20,179 bases of DNA. Origin: Elainellaceae cyanobacterium. Lineage in GTDB: Bacteria; Cyanobacteriota; Cyanobacteriia; CAZCXK01. The first letter of the stretch is position 1; each line of letters starts with the position of its first letter. Positions 17,784 to 20,179 of this stretch are shown piece after piece. The notes beneath the pieces were generated by a model. That model was not told the origin of the DNA. It saw nothing but the letters and a program-made list of their open reading frames with translations, and did not search any database. The stretch spans positions 39,714 to 59,892 of the forward strand of contig JBNPEG010000229.1 of NCBI GenBank assembly GCA_051117555.1, written 5' to 3'. The position numbers and the translations under genes were made by a program.

Positions 17784-18497
17784 ATGGCTGTCAATCTTGC
17801 TTTCGCCTCTGCTGCTTCTCAATTCGCAGACCAAGATGCCACGCTTCTTAAGCATATTTTTCAGACGGTGACGGCCGAGAGCTGCCCTGAGACGCTTAAT
17901 TTTCACATGCATACAGTCTGTTCAGATGGTCAACTCACCCCTGAACATCTCGTCGAACAAGCTCTAGCCAACGGTCTAGAACACTTTGCGATTACCGACC
18001 ATCACACCATCGACGGATACTTTCGCGCCCAAAAACGGCTGCAAAAGTGGATATCAGCTCAACCTCAGTCGTGTTCTAAAGCACCACGTCTATGGGTTGG
18101 TACTGAAATCAACGCCAACTTACTAGAAAGCGAAGTTCATATCCTTTGCTATGCCTTCAATCCATACCACGTTGCGATGCAGCCCTATTTACAACGCCAA
18201 CTCACCAGTGGAGTTGCCTATCAGGCAAACCAGGTAATCGATGCCACTCATGCTGCCGGGGGCATTACCGTGCTAGCTCACCCGAGCCGATATCGACAAG
18301 CTCCGAGCGAACTAATTCCTGCTGCTGCACAAATCGGAATTGACGGTGTAGAAACGTTTTACGCTTACGGTAATCCATCTCCTTGGCGGCCACCTCCTCG
18401 GCAAACTCAAGAAACCTATCATCTTGCCCACGCCCATAAGCTGCTGCATACTTGCGGAACTGATACTCACGGCATGAACCTCTTGCGCCGATTGTAG
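17784..18497 (+). CDS. PHP-domain metal-dependent phosphoesterase (TrpH/YciV-like)
   Basis: HMHTVCSDG, AITDHH, GTEI, HIL, LAHP and GTDTHG metal-binding motifs. The ATG at 17784 is preceded by AAGGAG; the track start is TTG 17760. Confidence 0.9.
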   Translation: MAVNLAFASAASQFADQDATLLKHIFQTVTAESCPETLNFHMHTVCSDGQLTPEHLVEQALANGLEHFAITDHHTIDGYFRAQKRLQKWISAQPQSCSKAPRLWVGTEINANLLESEVHILCYAFNPYHVAMQPYLQRQLTSGVAYQANQVIDATHAAGGITVLAHPSRYRQAPSELIPAAAQIGIDGVETFYAYGNPSPWRPPPRQTQETYHLAHAHKLLHTCGTDTHGMNLLRRL

Positions 18498-18565
18498 CCT
18501 TAGGATCTGAGAAAAAATACTCTGGATTTGGAGCAGTCAGTATTTTAGGAGTCAGTACTCAGCGA

Positions 18566-18614
18566 ATAGCTGATAGCTGATAGCTGATAGCTGATAGCTG
18601 ATAGCTGATAGCTG
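18566..18614. repeat. STRR-type heptamer tandem repeat ATAGCTG x7 (perfect)
   Basis: Seven identical units read directly. Confidence 0.95.
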
Positions 18615-18624
18615 TCCAATGATT

Positions 18625-18695
18625 AATAAAATCGCCTCTCTCTGCCCTGGGCTTTTGCTCAATCAGCCGATATTGCAACGAGGGGCGATTTTGTT
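18625..18695. terminator. Long inverted repeat, probable (bidirectional) terminator or processing stem
   Basis: A 16-bp stem, AATAAAATCGCCTCTC / GAGGGGCGATTTTGTT (two G.U pairs on the + strand), with a 39-nt loop. It lies between the convergent PHP gene and the small ORF at 18851-18961 and has A/T-rich bases at its feet. Confidence 0.5.
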
Positions 18696-18721
18696 TACCG
18701 CGATCATGTGACCACAAGAAA

Positions 18722-18815
18722 TATAGCGGCATGCGCTTGGGTTAAGTACGGTGGTGTGGGCGCGCCGCTCCCTACATCACCGTTTCTGTACTTGACGCAA
18801 TTGCACATTGCTATA
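18722..18815. mobile_element. MITE-like palindromic element, second family (94 bp)
   Basis: TATAGC...GCTATA termini within a 28-bp imperfect TIR (20/28 identical), and an internal stem CGGTGGTGTGGG/CCCTACATCACCG. Confidence 0.65.
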
Positions 18816-18850
18816 ATTTGTGACTCTAGGTATTCTAAGCTTCGCTATAT

Positions 18851-18961
18851 CTACTTCAAAAACCCACTCGCAAGAAACATCACACCAACTAATGCTGAAC
18901 ATGCCACAAATAACAGCAGCCCCATTGAGAATGACTGCCCTAAATGTTTCGAAGTTTTCAT
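18851..18961 (-). CDS. Small single-pass membrane protein (36 aa), absent from the ORF track
   Basis: Manual translation gives MKTSKHLGQSFSMGLLLFVACSALVGVMFLASGFLK*: a basic N-terminus plus one long hydrophobic helix. SD-like AAGGAA lies 6 nt upstream of the ATG, preceded by an AT-rich promoter-like region. Confidence 0.6.
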   Translation of the reverse strand: MKTSKHLGQSFSMGLLLFVACSALVGVMFLASGFLK

Positions 18962-19327
18962 AGGTTTGTTCCTTCGTTTTTAATTTTAATTAAATTGAGA
19001 AAATTGAGATTGTGTATAGAGACTAACAATTCTTTGCAGATCAGAACTAAATATGAAAGAAAGTTTAACTAAAGTAAACTTTCTTAAAAAAATTGCCGTA
19101 GACATGCGATCGCCTGTTTGGAGCAGTCAGGCAGCTTACCCTCTAAATTTTGTCGCCAGAAATTGTCCGAATATTAAAAAGACGTGAATTCGTTTCAGTA
19201 CGTTATTTATCTCAACTCCTAGGGCAACCTTGAAACTAAACCACGCCTAGCTCTAAATTCGGAGCCTTTTCTACAGACGGGATGATGAGATTTGACACAA
19301 CACCGATTGACCGGGCAAGGCATTAAG

Positions 19328-20179
19328 TTGACCCAATGGGGTTCTAAATTGGGTCGTTGGTTCTATGAGGAGCGTCGGGTATGGCTGACTGCGTCTGCTG
19401 TGACTGCGTGTATTCTCATCTTGCGATTTGCAGGATTATTGCAGCCATCTGAATTAGCCGCGTTTGACCAAACAATTCGGCTTCGTCCTGCTAAACCTCA
19501 GGACGATCGAATTATTATCATCACAATTGACGATCAAGATATTAATCGTTTTCAAACATGGCCCATTTCTGACACTCAAATGGCCGTTTTTTTAGAGACG
19601 GTCAAATCTTATCAGCCTAGAGTTATTGGTTTAGATATCTATCGTGAACTCCCGGTCAATCCAGGATATGACGCACTGCAAACCGTCTTTCGTGACACCC
19701 CTAATTTAGTAGGGATTGAAAAACTTGGAGATTCTCAAAGCCCAGGAGTTGACCCACCCGCCGTCCTCGATGAAAATCAGCAAATTGGGTTTAACAATGT
19801 CGTTGCCGATCCGGATGGGCGAGTCAGGCGAGCAATGTTGTTTTGGACGTTAGAAGACGGGCCGCATACCAGCTTCGCATTACGAGTGGCTGAGGTGTAT
19901 CTTGAGGCAGATGGAATTTTGTCTAAAGCTGCTGCCTCTGTGAATCCTAATTATTTGCAATTGGGGCAAGGAATTTTTCGCAGACTCGAATCCCAGGATG
20001 GTGGCTACATTCGCATTGATAGCGGGGGATATCAAATTCTCGCCAATCTGCGGGGCGCATCTCCTAGTTTTTCGACCGTTTCAATCACCGATGTGCTGAA
20101 TGGTCATGTATCTAACGAATTGATGCGCGATCGCATTGTGTTGATTGGATCGACCGCGGCTAGCCTTAAAGATTTTTTT
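19328..20179 (+). CDS. CHASE2-domain membrane sensor protein (adenylate cyclase/kinase type), 3' truncated by the window edge
   Basis: Open frame from TTG 19328 (alternatives TTG 19292/19307; stop at 19286) to the end. It has an N-terminal TM, RLRP...DDRIIIITID, WPISD, PRVIGLDIYR, GFNNVVADPDGRVRR and DRIVLIGSTAASLKDFF. It is missing from the track because there is no stop in the window. Confidence 0.9.
   Translation, partial: MTQWGSKLGRWFYEERRVWLTASAVTACILILRFAGLLQPSELAAFDQTIRLRPAKPQDDRIIIITIDDQDINRFQTWPISDTQMAVFLETVKSYQPRVIGLDIYRELPVNPGYDALQTVFRDTPNLVGIEKLGDSQSPGVDPPAVLDENQQIGFNNVVADPDGRVRRAMLFWTLEDGPHTSFALRVAEVYLEADGILSKAAASVNPNYLQLGQGIFRRLESQDGGYIRIDSGGYQILANLRGASPSFSTVSITDVLNGHVSNELMRDRIVLIGSTAASLKDFF

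Larger units (their letters stand above)
1..20179. repeat. HIP1 octamer GCGATCGC dispersed throughout
   Basis: Many copies seen (e.g. 750, 804, 7073), far more than expected for an 8-mer. This is a hallmark of many cyanobacterial genomes. Confidence 0.95.

Noticed and set aside
188..18343. Numerous short overlapping or antisense ORFs in the track (e.g. 188..397, 1061..1285, 5637..6059, 15624..16088, 17093..17278)
   Set aside because: They almost all overlap well-supported genes in other frames or strands and have no recognisable motifs.
18708..18983. 91-aa plus-strand ORF
   Set aside because: It spans the MITE-like element and is antisense to the more plausible 36-aa ORF.
18527..19130. Exact 14-mer TTTGGAGCAGTCAG at 18527 and 19117 as a possible target-site duplication
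   Set aside because: About one 14-mer match is expected by chance in 20 kb, there are no element ends adjacent to it, and there is no recombinase nearby.

Overview
A cyanobacterial chromosomal window. The HIP1 octamer GCGATCGC is very frequent, and cphBA and STRR-type heptamer repeats are present. Gene content is mostly housekeeping. From the left: SMP-30/gluconolactonase (-); a conserved hypothetical, YgfZ/GcvT-like and TPR genes (+); an ABC exporter and a YdcF/DUF218 membrane protein (-); a minus-strand cluster of DASH cryptochrome, SAM methyltransferase, CPXCG protein, an unannotated 52-aa membrane protein and a DUF89/ARMT1 phosphatase; cyanophycin genes cphB-cphA (-) divergent from trmD-ispF-PHP (+); and a CHASE2 sensor gene running off the right edge. 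The most interesting signals lie outside the ORF track: two small membrane-protein ORFs (8529-8687 and 18851-18961); three ~90-bp TATAGC...G(C/T)TATA MITE-like hairpin elements, two of which bracket an AT-rich spacer; two GGAG-REP-like palindromes each interrupted by a 21-26 nt mini-hairpin insert; and a degenerate ~21-nt/41-nt periodic array upstream of the cryptochrome gene. I saw no CRISPR array, RNA gene or transposase. All family calls come from motif recognition by eye, not database searches.
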